A stretch of 64,000 bases of DNA from Mytilus californianus (Eukaryota), in NCBI RefSeq assembly GCF_021869535.1, contig NW_026262582.1, positions 28,210,001-28,274,000 of the forward strand. Reading direction: 5' to 3'. Under the pieces are notes generated by a model. That model worked only from the letters and a program-made list of their open reading frames with translations, searched no databases and was not told the DNA's origin. Below are positions 50,881 to 64,000 of this stretch, in pieces. How positions within the stretch are numbered: position 1 is the stretch's first letter; every line of letters begins with the position of its first letter. The translations under genes were made by a program, and so were the position numbers.

Positions 50881-53247
50881 GATTAACGCCATCGGTAGTA
50901 AAAAAAAACAAATCTGTATCCATTTGTGCCTGGACGACTTTTAATTACAAATGCAAGTACAAAAAACAAAAGTTTATCAATGATTGTGCATTATATAATT
51001 GGTACTAAAGAACAACACACGGAAAAGACCTTTTAATAAACATCTTTTCTAAGTTTGGATTCATTCTGTTCCGTGGTTCTCATAAAAATATATATTGAAA
51101 AGCTGACGATGACGGACGACGGCCGCATTGTATAGTAATAACTTACATTGACTTTTTTGCCCAGCATAGGGCAACGTTAAATATTTTTCAGGGATAATTA
51201 TCACCTGTTATCATTGTGCTTGTTTCAGCAGCTGCAACGCTAATTGGTAGGAAAAACATTTGACATCATTTTTATAGTAGAGTAAGACACTTATATTATA
51301 ATTCGAAAGGCCTATTGGTTTCAGAAGGGAAGACTTTTGAAAAAGTTCATAAACAAAGCACGGCAATTGACGTGATTTGGTGATAAAAGTTCACAATGAC
51401 TCCTTTTGTAAGGTGAGCACATACTAATGCAGTGTAAAATGAATTGTCATAGTGTAATGTAAGTAGAATTGAGAATGGAAATGGGGAATGTGTCAAAGAG
51501 AAAACAACCCGACCAAAGGACAGAAAACAGCCGAAGGCCACCAATGAGTCTTCATCATAGCGAGAAAATCACGCACCCGGAGGCGGGCTTCAGCTGGCCC
51601 CTAAGCAAAATGTGTACTAGTTCAGTGAAAATGGACGTCACACTAAACTCCAAAACATATAAATGAACTAAAATTAAAAAACATACAAGACTAACAAAGG
51701 CCAGAGGCTCTTGACTTGAGACAGGCGCAAAAATGCGGCGGGGTTAAACATGTTTTGTAAGATCTCATCTCAAATGTCTTTCAAATGTGAGTTTGAATTT
51801 AGGGAACAGTATATACTGATGTTCAAATCTCATAAATCGATTAAGAAGATACAAGTTAAGGTAACAAACAAAAAAGGAGGAAATCGTATAAACTCCACAA
51901 GGAGAGAGACCGGATGCGTCTACATGGTAAGCATCTCCTGCTTTGCATGCATCACCCACTGTGCACTTGAAATGCATACATACAAACAACAGCTACAAGT
52001 ATGTAAACCATCAATTTTTCTAGACTGTATCTTATATTGAATATGAATTATGCTGTGTTCACCCATTTATTCTTTCGTATAAAAAGTTATGAGACAAACT
52101 CATCAAATTGTATGTTATAAGAAATAAAACATTTCTGTAAAACGGCTGCTATTTTCCAAGTATGTGGAGCCAAGGTGCCTTCGTTGTTGCTGGAAAATAT
52201 GAAAGCAAATATTTGGTAAATCTACAAAAGGAAACTTTCAACTATCGATTATGTCGAGTAGGCTTTACTCTCTTTGTAATTTGTTGATCTTAGTCCTTAT
52301 TTTTTTAATTAACTTCTTTAAAACCCTTTTAATTTTCATTGTTTTTTTTTATCTCATTTTGATGGTTCAGTGCCATTAAATGTTCAAAATTCTATGTTGT
52401 AGACAGATCATATACAGATGGGTGCAGATGCCATCCAAAATTAAATGCACTTTGAAATATATTAGGTCGAGCTCGTCTGATAGGTGTCGTCACCAACAAA
52501 CAAACAGTTCAAATTCACACAGATATTGTAAGCACTTGGTTTCAAGCTAAAGGTGTCAGACCACCAAATTCAAAATCCCTATCTATTCAACCATATTTTT
52601 TTTTTCAATTTTCACAGTTTTCTAAATATTTTACCTTAAGTTTAACTTCTTAGAAACCAGGCATATCCTGAATTGTACTCGTATCACATTTATACATGCC
52701 AAATTTCAACCGACGTTTAAAGTCTTGTAATGAAAAACGACTGTTCAGAAGGCAACTACTACTGAAAACAACTCCTGCTTTTCTTGAAACCTTAAATAAT
52801 CATTCTATGGGGCGCATTAATCCTCATTTGTCAATGCAAACTCATAAACAAGTAAATATAGTCTCAAAATGGTCTAAATATATTTCAATTTCACCAAAAG
52901 TTTAATTTTTACAATTCTTTTTTTTTTTTTTTTTGTTTAAGTAAACAATGACCAAAAGCACTATGTTTTGTCAGGGATGGGTTACTTTTATATTTTAAAT
53001 TGGAGTTGGTGAATTGGTGGTCTGATGCTTTAATCTCTTTTTTGTTGCTTTTTAGTTGTTGTTTTTTTTTTCGTTGGGGAGGAGGGGGACTTTTTAGAAT
53101 CTAAAAAATCTATGTGCAGAAATTAATTTTTATACATAAATTTGAAAAGACCATTACCACTAGTATATTAAACTATTTTCATAAATTTAAGGCAATGTTA
53201 ATTTATCAACTTGTGACAATTTGTATCAATGAGATTAAAATACTTAC

Positions 53248-53409
53248 TCAATGTTTTTGATAAATCTATGTGAAATTCACATCTCTTCCCAGTATTTATA
53301 ATAGAACCAAGTGGAGAACTTTGACAGTAACATAAATAAGACAATCCTTTGTCCACACACAAGCCGCCATTCAAACAAGGGGAGCTTTGACAAGGGCTGT
53401 TGTTCGTAG
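53248..53409 (-). CDS. Gene D EGF-like exon
   Basis: 162 nt, phase 1-1; TNNSPCQSSPCLNGGLCVDKGLSYLCYCQSSPLGSIINTGKRCEFHIDLSKTL. Confidence 0.85.
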
Positions 53410-54029
53410 CTTATAAATAAAAAAATAATTCATCACGTTTAGCTAGTGCAAAATGCATTCATGTTGTTATTTGTTCATTTATGTATTTATTCATTTATTC
53501 ATTTAGAAAATTTAGAAAATGTAAGATCTATAGTTTGTTGATAAATACACAAATTCTGTATTTACAAAATACAAAGTCATGTTGATATTGCGATAAAACA
53601 GCCTAACATTATTATATATATCAGCATATAATCAAATAGTATAGTCTGTTTATAAACTGAATAAACATGAACATGGGGAATGTTCTACTGTCTGTAGCTC
53701 AACTTTGGAGTTCTTTGGTTGGGTTGTTTTCTCTTTTTTGTTGTGGTGGAGGGTGTTGATAATAAACTCATCATAGATCACATTTCATGGAAGGAAATAA
53801 AAAAATACTCATATTTGCCTTTAAAATTTTGATAACATGTATGTATATATAGCTAGTTCCTTACGTACTCACCTTTTTTTTATTCCCTCAGTTTTTGTTT
53901 GTTACCTTGATTTGTCTCTTCCTAATCGATTTACGATATTTGAATATCGGTAAAATTACTTTCGCCTTAATTTACTGCATGAACCTTCCAGTGTTTCATA
54001 TATATATCACTGATGTTCTTTCTTATTAC

Positions 54030-54143
54030 CTATTTGTTGTGTCCCAATTTTTGGAGATTGGGTGTCTGGAGTAGACGTGTCAGCAGGTAAAGAGGTAGGT
54101 GATACTGTTATTTTTGTCGTCTTCTGGTCAGTTGTCTGGTAAC
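54030..54143 (-). CDS. Gene D Thr/Pro-rich linker exon
   Basis: 114 nt, phase 1-1; YQTTDQKTTKITVSPTSLPADTSTPDTQSPKIGTQQI. Confidence 0.75.
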
Positions 54144-54489
54144 CTTGGTAATGTAAACAAGACCATGAAATAGATACATTTGGTTGTAACTTTTACTCAT
54201 GAAAGAATATTCAAATATTAGCAAAGTTTAAGAAGAAAATACGTTTAATATAAAGCTGTTGTTTGTCGCCTCTGAATTTTCATAATTATCAAGTCATATG
54301 TTTTTATTACAAAGTGCCACCCATTTCAGGCAGTTTAATTCATCTAAATAAATGAAATCTAGATATATGATTTTTTGTAAGTTGGTTTATAATACGATTT
54401 ATCTATTCAACTGATGATCCACAATAAATAGTAACACAATTTTAAGATATAACAGTTTTTCCAGTTTTACATGTATGATATATGTATAC

Positions 54490-54739
54490 CTGATGTTTGT
54501 TTTAAAATGTTTGTAGTTTGTTTGTTCGCAGATTGGATAGTAGCTGTTGGTATTGTTGTCTGGTTTTGATGCTGAGTAACTTAAAGAAATATTATTCATT
54601 TTAAAATTTAATGTTGAATTAAAACTGTACGAATTCGTGTGAATAATTAATGCTGTAAATCTCTCTATAGGAACGTGTAAAGTAATATTACAGTTTGCAT
54701 CTTGTGATAACGTTGCAGAAATATTTGTAATTTTATTTC
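54490..54739 (-). CDS. Possible gene D exon, Asn-rich with several N-glycosylation sequons
   Basis: Open 250-nt segment with AG/GT ends and two Cys, but phase 1-2 does not fit the neighbouring exons. Confidence 0.3.
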
Positions 54740-54770
54740 CTTTAAACAGAAGCAGGATTTTGACACGTTT

Positions 54771-54774
<4 letters not shown>

Positions 54775-54816
<42 letters not shown>
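54775..54816. repeat. (TC)n microsatellite, with a short (GA)n tract at about 54848-54862
   Basis: Directly visible. Confidence 0.95.
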
Positions 54817-54819
<3 letters not shown>

Positions 54820-56693
54820 CGATCGAAATTGTCTCTAGAAATCACTTGAGAGAGAGAGAGAGATCTCAAAAAAATGATTTCCGCAGTCAATAAATAAAGG
54901 ATATTTGTAATAGTTTATTCTTTAATGTAATCTTAAAACATCGTCTTCTCTCGTATGAAGTGACCTCTGATATAAAAGAGAACCATTGCATTTAGCCCAA
55001 ACATAAAGAATTGTTTACAAGGCTGGTGAGAATACTAGTATGTGTGTGTAAAACAAATGTTAAATAGAGCATACCACTTTTAGATTGTAAATGCATATCA
55101 ATTTTATAACATGGTTTCGGTCTGTGTTAAAGTACTCAAAAGTTATTTCATTGGTCAAAATGCTCATGGGAAGTAAAATGTGATGATAGATGGATTAATG
55201 GAAATAACACATTTTTAATGTGTTACACCGATGTACTTTTCTTGATTTACCTTCATCAGTTACATCATACCCCAAAACTTAAAGGCCAATGATGTGTAAT
55301 TACCAAAGGTAGGCGTTTTATATAGATATAAGAAGATGTGGTATGAGTGCCAATGAGACAACTCATAGCTTACTTAACGGTACTGGTTTTTCTCGTTGTT
55401 GAATGACGTTCGATGACCTACATTTGTTTAATTCCACGTCATTTGGACTGTGTTGAAAAGTTCTCATTGGACATACCCTTGGTCAACTGTGACTAAGGTT
55501 TCCATTTGTAATAATTTGTTTAATCAATTCATTTTCAAGTATAAATAGCAGAATTGTATTTCCATAACAAACGTTAAGATATATTTAGATTTTTGTTGTA
55601 GCATATCTACAAAGAATCATACATACGTATTTGGTTATTGGAGCAGAGTAAATCCTTACAAAGCTTGCATGGCTGTCGATTGAAGCAATCACCTGAAATT
55701 TCGGATAAAGGAGTACTAAGCTGTAAGAAATATTCACTTCAATACATTGTTAGTATTTTGGTATAAAAAGTAACCCCTCTGAACAGACACCCCTCTTCCA
55801 ACGTATTTTCCTCTATAATAGTCTTATATATAAAGGGGAGTAATTAGTACAGGCAGCAGGCAAAACTTTCAGTGACACAATGGACTGAAACCCTGTTAAT
55901 AACAGGCCGTTCTACCGAATCCCCAATGAAAAACATGACTTAATCATGCCATATTCAACTATATTCTTATTCTTATTCTCGAATATTTTTCGGTTATGAC
56001 AGCTGGTAAAGATTACAAATCTTTGATTATTCAATTGATGGGATAGAGAATGGAAACTAGAAATGTATCTAAGAGACAACAAACATGCAGCCCAAGGCCA
56101 CCAATAGGCCTTCAACGCAACGAGGCGGGTTTCAGCGGTCCCCTACACAATTATCGTATATTTGCTCAGCAAAATGGACGACACACCGAACATACAAATG
56201 AACCAACATTATAAAATCACACAAGACTAACAAAGGCTAAAACTGTTTTCTTGAGCTTGATATTTGAAATAGACACTCAGCTATTACAGATACCAAATCT
56301 GGCAGACACTAACTTCGCTTGTTATAACCTTGTACTTCAGTTACAAATCGAGGAGGGTGTCGATCTTGTAGCTGGATTCTATTGTAATTATTAAATGGTC
56401 TTTTATTAAAATTACATTAGCTGTAAAAAGAGAAAATGAAGAAATACGTTACTTTAACTAATGCCAAAAAAAATGTTAATCGAGAAATGATCGATTGGTG
56501 TTCCTGTGAAAAGATACAATGGTTGCTTAGGGTTAATTGTAGGTGTAATCATGTTAGAACATTCAATACATTGTGATAACAATCGTCTATAACAGAAAAT
56601 CATACCAGATAGCGTAGGCAAATTAAACTCCCAAAAATATACCCCTGAGTGAAATCAGGTCTAATGAAGAAGATTTGATGCGTATGCATATAC

Positions 56694-56837
56694 CTCCACA
56701 ATCGCATACTCCACATGTAGAGTAGCATGCCATCTTCTCTGCGCCGGTCATCATTCCTACCATTGAGGATTTCATTCCTTCCATCATTCCTTTCATCATA
56801 TTGGCGAAGAAAAATCTTTTAGAAATACTTTTGTTTC
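56694..56837 (-). CDS. Gene D exon with KR|F motif, Met-rich segment and CYxxCxxCDCG
   Basis: catttacag acceptor, gtatat donor, 144 nt, phase 1-1; GNKSISKRFFFANMMKGMMEGMKSSMVGMMTGAEKMACYSTCGVCDCG. Confidence 0.8.
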
Positions 56838-57527
56838 CTGTAAATGAAAATAAGACTTTCTAAATTTCGTCCGCCCGAATGACTGTTCTGGATTTACCTT
56901 TACCAGGCATGCTCAAATCTGAACAGTGGAAAGCCAGACATGTGTAAATACATAGAAACGTTTTGAGCCGTATGACCGAAAGATAACTAAAAAGAATAGC
57001 ACAATTATGAAGAAGAGTAAGCAGAGTTTGGGTATGAATGTGATTATCCTGTTTTAAAAAAAACCCAAAGACAATGGAAAGTTGGACGTTTGAGTAAGGG
57101 CAAAAAAAGAATCTTCATTCCCCCTTCCCCGCATTTTGAACAATACAAATCCATCCTTTTAGACTTGGAACTTCTAATTTCATATTTATCGGTTTTCGTT
57201 TCTTTAACTATGCAGATTTGCGGATGCTTAATTTTGTATTTCATTCTTCTTTCAGAAGAAGGCAAAGTTCATACAGTACAAGATGCACAACAAATGATTT
57301 GAGTCTCCAAATGAATGTGGATTGATATGAGCCGTATACAGTTTTCCACGACGGCTGGAAAGTGAAAGTTATTATATTCTCCTCTGAATAAAAATAGATG
57401 AATTAAAAAACACGTGAAAGGTTCCTGTGCGCACACAACAATGTTAAGTTAATAAAAGAATGGGAGAATTTAATTAATGCATACATGGTGATTCTCTTCT
57501 GGAAAAGAAGTTGATGACATAGATTAC

Positions 57528-57591
57528 CTTTCATGGTTTCTGATGTACAGTTGTTTTTAATACGAATACCGCCATGGATCACAAAGCCTAT
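57528..57591 (-). CDS. Gene D exon completing the N-terminal domain
   Basis: 64 nt, phase 0-1; IGFVIHGGIRIKNNCTSETMK. Confidence 0.75.
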
Positions 57592-58347
57592 CTGTAATCA
57601 AAAATAATATTGTTTGGACATTTTTTTATCAATCCCTGCACAACTTCAAACATTCCTATGTTTTCCCTTTCATATAGATTTAAAGCTATTTGACGTATAA
57701 TTGATTTCACGTGGAATTATACTCCTTTTATCATTGTACATCTCACTAGACAAATTCTGCTGAAGTTTTGTGCTAAAGTTTATAACTTTTACTTTCAGAC
57801 TTAAAATGTATTGAAACAAAATATATTGTTTTATATCAAATATTCAAGAATTGAATGCAGTCTTTTTGAAAATTCATACGAAATGAAAGCAAGTGAAGAA
57901 CTACTTCCACGCTTCATGCAAATGTAAATGTCACTGGCTTTTCATTGCGTATGAACACAAATTAAAAAGTGAAAATATGTTGTATATGTGGTGTTAAATC
58001 GAGTTACAATTGTAATTACTTTACAAACAAAACTAATGAATACAATTGTGCCATGTTAATAAGCGGCAACATATAATATCAAATGCGTTAATTTGTAATC
58101 AGGAACCGAAGTAATTAAATTTCAAAATATATTTTATTGCGTAGCAGGTTCAGCATATCTATAGCCAATGACCAAACCATACATACCAGTGTAATTGGTT
58201 TTCAAAACGGTCTTAGTTCTGGATTAATAAATAATAATATTATTAATTTGTATATTTTGACTAGTTTCATTCGTTCAGGAAAACTATATTTTCAAAGGTC
58301 GATTGAAAACGACTGATAGAAACCATACTACATATGATAAATCTTAC

Positions 58348-58548
58348 CTCTCCTTTAATAACAACACCATAACCTCCTGTATAAGAGGCTGTGATCCTCA
58401 AACAGTCTTTTGTTGTTGTTACAATTTGGGTTTCGTCTTTGGAATAATGTATATTATATACATGCAACGACCCATTAGTAGAACAAACACAGTCGTATGC
58501 TTGTGAAAGGGTTACAAACAGACTTAATACAGCTAATGTGATGATATT
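58348..58548 (-). CDS. Gene D exon: signal peptide plus N-terminal Cys domain
   Basis: 201 nt, phase 0-0; NIITLAVLSLFVTLSQA-YDCVC...TTTKDCLRITASYTGGYGVVIKGE. Confidence 0.85.
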
Positions 58549-60146
58549 CTGAAATAAATGTTATATTGTTAAAAAAAAAAGGGAATTTTAAAAAAATTAA
58601 TATATTCTACAATTATTTGCTTTGTTCTGGTTTGAATTTTAATAACTTTTAAGTTCAAATATGTGACTGCTTTTTCGTTTAATTTATGCGATTTGGAAAC
58701 TGGGATCCTTTGAAAGATGGAGAAACCTCCCGAAAGCCAAATACTGCAATGGTATCATATATGATTATTTAAATAGGATGTGATTTTTCTATAGATCGTG
58801 TCCGATAGTCGATGATCAAAAAAATCTTTTAATGGTCAAATATAACCAAAACAGACGAAAATAAAAACAAAAAAAGAATAGAAAAGAGAACAGAACAGAA
58901 CAGGGAAAAGAAAAAAGTATACAGGAGATATGATTTTTTCTTGAAAACAAATAGTGCAATAAGAAAATAAAAGTTACAAAATAAAATAGAACATGGGGTA
59001 TGATTGCCAATGAGACAACTCTTCACAATAGACCAAATGACACAAAAAATAACAACTATAGGTCACCGTACGGCCCTCAATAATTAACCAAGCCCATACC
59101 GCATAGTCAGCTATACAAGGCCCCGTAATGACAAATGTAAAACAATTCAAACGAGAAAACTAACGGCCTAATTTATGTACAAAATAATGAACGAAAAACA
59201 AATATGTAACACAGCAACAAACGACAACCACTGAATTACAGGCTCCTGACTATGGACAGGCACATACAGAATGTGGCGGGGTTAAACATGTTACACGTAC
59301 ACACAAGTACATAGTAATGTGGAAACTTTCTTTGTCTACATGGGTTTTTTTTTATTTTTTTTTTGTATTTTGTAAATGAATTTCTTACTATTGGAAAAAA
59401 TCATTTACAAAAAAAAATTTACCTCCTCATTAATTGTCCTTTTAAATTTTTACCAAGATTAGTTGCTAAGATCAAGAATGTCTCATACAACCTCCTTGCT
59501 AAGATAAACTTTTAAGTCTGAGAAGCACTATAAATTGAACTTTTCAAAAAGTCACGCCAATTATGACCAATTAGGCTATTTATAACTTGTCAATGAGTAG
59601 AAAAAACAACATTTGATAAAGTTTTAACAGTAAATTTTCAGAAAAAATAACTTAAGGTATCGATGTTATGTGTCAACAAATAAGTTGATGCATCATATCT
59701 ATAAACTCATCCTACAAGTGTGTCTAATAAATTTGATACATGCAAATTCGTCTTCACCAATATAGTTAGGATATTATGCCGATGTTCACATTTTGAAGTT
59801 TGTCTATATATATTCAGATTCTAAAGCCATTAATTATGCATGTCTCCAGTTTCAGAATATTCCAAAAAAAAATTCATTTTTCTTGACCTATATTTTTTTC
59901 TTTAAGTTTTTAACTCCTTAGTTAACAGGTCTAATTTTCTTGGTATTGATCGATACACGGTTTTGTGATTCAAAAGTTTTATAATATAAAGCTTAATTCT
60001 TGGTGTATTCTCTATCATAATATTTTGGGGCTAAAACGTAAATAATTCAACATAGAGTTAGTCCTTAAAATTCTTTTTTAGCCATTCCAGGGGCTTTAGA
60101 AATATAGTATATAATGTATATATGCATTTGTTTGTTTTAAACCAAA

Positions 60147-60897
60147 GATTGAATTGCAGATTGAATGAATACTTTATTTGCAAGAAGCATATACATGCTA
60201 TGGCAAACGAAAAAATATATACAATATATGACAAACAAAAGACAGCAGAGAACAGTAGTTACAAAGTATACAATAATATTATGACAATATGTGATCTAAT
60301 TTTCCAAGCTGCATTTAAATAACTGCATAGTTTTACTGTCAGAGATTTACAATGAGCTTGTAATAAATTGTCTAACTTGTGCCGATTTGGCCAAGAATAA
60401 TAAAATTTAGGTAAAAATTCTAATCGCACAGATCTATATGCTGGACATGATAAAACAAAATGATATTCGTCCTCTAAAACATTCATATTGCAACATATAC
60501 AAATTCTATTTTCTCTTTGAATATTTAGATAACGACCAACTTCAACATTTAATTTAAGTGTGCCGCTACGCAATTTAGTTAATATCGATACATTACAATG
60601 GAAATCTAGGTATTTTTCAATACCAAATACTAGTTTATATCGTTTATAAATACATAATTTGTTACACTCTTCTAAAGCTGTATTCCAGCTTTGTAAAAAA
60701 TGATCTTTAATACGTGTTTTAACACAATCAAATGATAATATACTAGTATCTTGTGAAATCCATACATCATTAAATCCAAGGTTACATAACAAATTTTTGA
60801 CGTTAGACGCCCAATTAATTTTACCATTATTTGCATCTTCGTACAAAAGTTTATAAACTTCATATGTGACTGTGTATTTAAACATCCCGCATTTCAA
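60147..60897 (-). mobile_element. 5'-truncated LINE 3' end (RTE-X-like) in gene D intron 1
   Basis: ORF 60259-60897 has post-RT motifs (W...V...L...G, LR.G...L.VE.GRY, CICC..EDEYHFVLSC zinc knuckle), then AATAAA and a TTCAA-type tail. Confidence 0.85.
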
Positions 60898-61303
60898 ACA
60901 TTTTTCTGTGTACTATAGTTGCTAACGCTTCAATAATTTCACAATGAGATAGTCCTGTAAAATTCATTTTTGAGTTATTCTAGTAGCTTTAGAATTATAG
61001 CATACATGCAGTGGTTACGTTTCAGACTGAACGTGTGTGTATATACGTCTCGCTTCTAGTGACTTAAAACATTAAAACAACACTTTACTATTTCATGCGT
61101 CCGAAGTGCCTTTAAAATTTAAAGTTTGCATCAAATTCCATTTACAAATGTTACACTAAATCAAAAATCTGCGTGCTTACACATCTTTGTATGTCTCGCT
61201 GCTAGTGACATACAATTATCATCAGTCACAGTGACACTCTATATAAACTAAACCAAAATATAAAGATTGTCTTCATTTTATATTTTATATACAATAGTCT
61301 TAC

Positions 61304-61306
61304 CAT
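61304..61306 (-). CDS. Gene D probable start codon (ATG at the end of exon 1)
   Basis: TAGAATG|gtaaga, strong donor, phase 0 matches the 58548 exon. Confidence 0.6.
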
Positions 61307-63965
61307 TCTAAGCAGTCTTATTAAACTCGTCTGCCAAATGTCATTTCAGAACACTGAAGGTCTTATCAACATTTAGTCCTATATATGTATATAACCTAAC
61401 GAGATAAACTTATACTGCGCCTGCTCCGAAGACTTCTATGATCACATCGTCAATGTAAATTTCAAAATAAGACAAATTTAAACTATAAACACAGGATCGT
61501 CCTGAACATGCATGAAATATTTGCCACTGAACGTTAAGTATAACCAACAATCAATCAACACTATAAACAGGCACAATATTAAACCGGTATATTTCTATCA
61601 AAGTACGATTGTTGTTTCCTTTATACTCATACTTTTATTTCCGTCATTTATGTATATTTATTGAAGAAAAAAAATAAGCATATTTGAAAAAAAAAGAATC
61701 TGTGAATGGTATTATATACTGTTTAAGGCTACAGGTTTTGCTTCTTTTCGTTAGTATCAATTTCAGTGTGTTCATATACAAGTTTCTAAAATCATTCTAA
61801 ACGGTTCCGGGAGTTTCTCCACGCCTGTCACTCCCATGTATCCTGATTTGGTGAAAAGAAATCTGTGAACAAGGAAAAGGAGGGTACGCTCCTCAAAAGC
61901 CATGACTATTATCTAAAGGTCAAAATTTCGAAATGATTAAGAAACAAAGGTTCTTACTCCATCAAGCAAAGTTGACCTCGGATGGGTTGGCAATACCTTA
62001 TGGTTCCTTTTAAACGTAATATATGTAGATCATAGATAGTTTCGTTTTGAGCTTACATGATGAACGTCAATCAGGAAAAGCGAGGTCGGCGCACTAAATT
62101 TTTAAAGCGTTATTTTCCTTTGTTATTAAGTGTATTTTGTGAGTTTTATTTTAAAAGCTATCGATATGAAAAGCCACGGAAAAGAAGAGCTACTGCTCAT
62201 GAGTTTTATCCATATAAAAGTAAGGAGGTGTGGTATGATTGCCAATGAAACAACCCTCCACCAGAGACAAATGACGTAGAAGTTTACATCAAGTACTCCT
62301 TCAGACAAAATTAATCCTTGACGGTTTTTTGACTGTTTTGTTCTCTTCTCCTTTGGTCCTTTTCGGTTTAAAATGCGCTCAAACATTTACTAATTTGGCT
62401 TTTCAAACTTATTCTCGGGCAAACCAAATGATGGTTAATATAATTAAGGTGCAAGCTCTTGATTTTACAGCATTGCAGCTGGAAGACATATCGCACAAAT
62501 TATGCACATTATTTAGACCTCGAAATGACCACAGTCATTATGAAAATAATGACATAAGACAACTAAACACCAGAGTTTCAGATGAAGTTGATGTAAGCAA
62601 TTGAAGGCAACCGTACGGGCTTCAACAACGAGAAAAAACTACACCGTATAGTTGGCTTTGTTTGCTATTACTCCTAAATCATGCAAGCTTGTTGATAGAG
62701 TATAGCAGCAAATGTTAATTTCATTAAAGTCCGATTTTACTCGATCGAGATTTATAACTCACGGCTACAGCATTTGAGACGGGCATGTTAATTTTTGAAC
62801 AATTTGCCAATCGTGGTGATTAAACTGGCCACCCGCTGATTGATACTGGGTCCATGCAGTAAATACCTCATCAATCGGGATAAAATCAGGTCTTTCAGAG
62901 TATGTTCCGTAAATTTGTTTATCGGGGCGTATAATAATATCTTATATAGGCCCGACAAAAAAATGAATGAGCTGAGTGGTAGATTTGATTTTGATCCGAT
63001 TTGGACCTAATGGAATAGTTTTTAAGAAATCCTTTGAAACAACAATTCCAATTTAAACAAAATAAAATCTGATGCAATCTTTGTATACTTACGATCATTT
63101 TTTATTTTACTGGTACTCTATAGAGTCAGTTTTTTTTAAAGATGCAATATAATGGAACCATAAACAACTTTCATACTTTCATAAACAAAAGAGAGCAATG
63201 GTCACAAAATATAGAATAGAGAAACATTGCCTAAAAATTACAGGATAAAGGACCCCCCCCCCCCCAATTATTTTTTTACAGAAATGAAGGACCCCCCTTC
63301 CCCCTTCCCAAATAAAGGACCTCATGGATATATCATTTAAATGTAGTAAGTTATAGAAATAGTTTGATATTTTTCAAGGTCAGTAAAATTAGACTTGTGT
63401 AGGTTCTTGTGTATCATATTTTAAGAATTTCCCATTTCTTTCTTCATATTATCCAAGTAGAATGAAATATTGGATGCGTTTGCACAAAGTTAGAAAAACA
63501 AATGTGGACTTTAAACACTGAAAGTAAAATGTAAAACATGCAGGAGAGCCATGAGACCTTGTGCGTCTTACATATTCCTTTAATGACAAGAAAGACAGTT
63601 TGTCATATGGCTTTACTTTTTTTTCCAGTTCACTCATGCACAGATTATCTAGCCTACTTATTTGGTACGCATGACCATGACATTTTCATGATGTACGCGT
63701 GATACCTCGAGATTGAGCCATATCGTATGTGAATGGTCAATACATGTGTGCATAAAACTGTCTTACGAATCTCACAACAAAACAAAAACCTTTCATTTAT
63801 AAACATGTTTTTATTGTTGTTGTTTTTATTATTTTTTGAGTGTTGCTGATTGTGTAACTGTTTTTCCCTCATTTCTTCAAGTTTATTTTTGAACCGATGC
63901 TGGTAATTTAATTGCTTCGAACACAATAAATTCGATGTATAAGTAAATTTTCCGTTATTTCGTTA

Positions 63966-63971
<6 letters not shown>

Positions 63972-64000
<29 letters not shown>
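63972..64000. repeat. (AT)n microsatellite running off the window end
   Basis: Directly visible. Confidence 0.95.

Noticed and set aside
54740-54890. RE-repeat N-terminus of the 163-aa ORF
   Set aside because: Translation of a (GA)n microsatellite.
57275-57354. Exon-like segment in gene D with good splice signals
   Set aside because: 80 nt, would break the frame; all three frames are open, so no reading can be chosen.

Overview
AT-rich eukaryotic, intron-containing DNA, most likely from a bivalve mollusc (Mytilus-like, inferred from the repeat and retrozyme families). No prokaryotic features, rRNA, true tRNA or CRISPR. Four minus-strand genes can be assembled by hand from GT-AG exons with compatible phases, as two tandem paralog pairs. 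Genes A (4512-6691, partial) and B (17076-28660) are Ig-superfamily surface proteins. B has signal-IgV-IgC2-Ig-TM-tyrosine-motif tail but is disrupted by a retroelement inserted in its signal-peptide exon. Genes C (34378-45531) and D (53248-61306) encode an unrecognised secreted family: signal, 4-Cys SH3-like domain, KR|F motif plus a highly divergent hydrophobic segment, CYxxCxxCDCG, then Thr-rich and EGF modules; their 3' ends are unresolved. The non-coding DNA is rich in RNA-structured mobile elements: two families of Naiad-type Penelope-like elements (one with a clear SECIS in its 3' UTR, in two copies), three families of type I hammerhead ribozyme retrozymes including a complete 352-nt unit between two ribozymes, Helentron-type HINEs, TTAA-flanked MITEs, a tRNA-SINE and a LINE 3' end. 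All coordinates and translations were read manually; no database searches were run.
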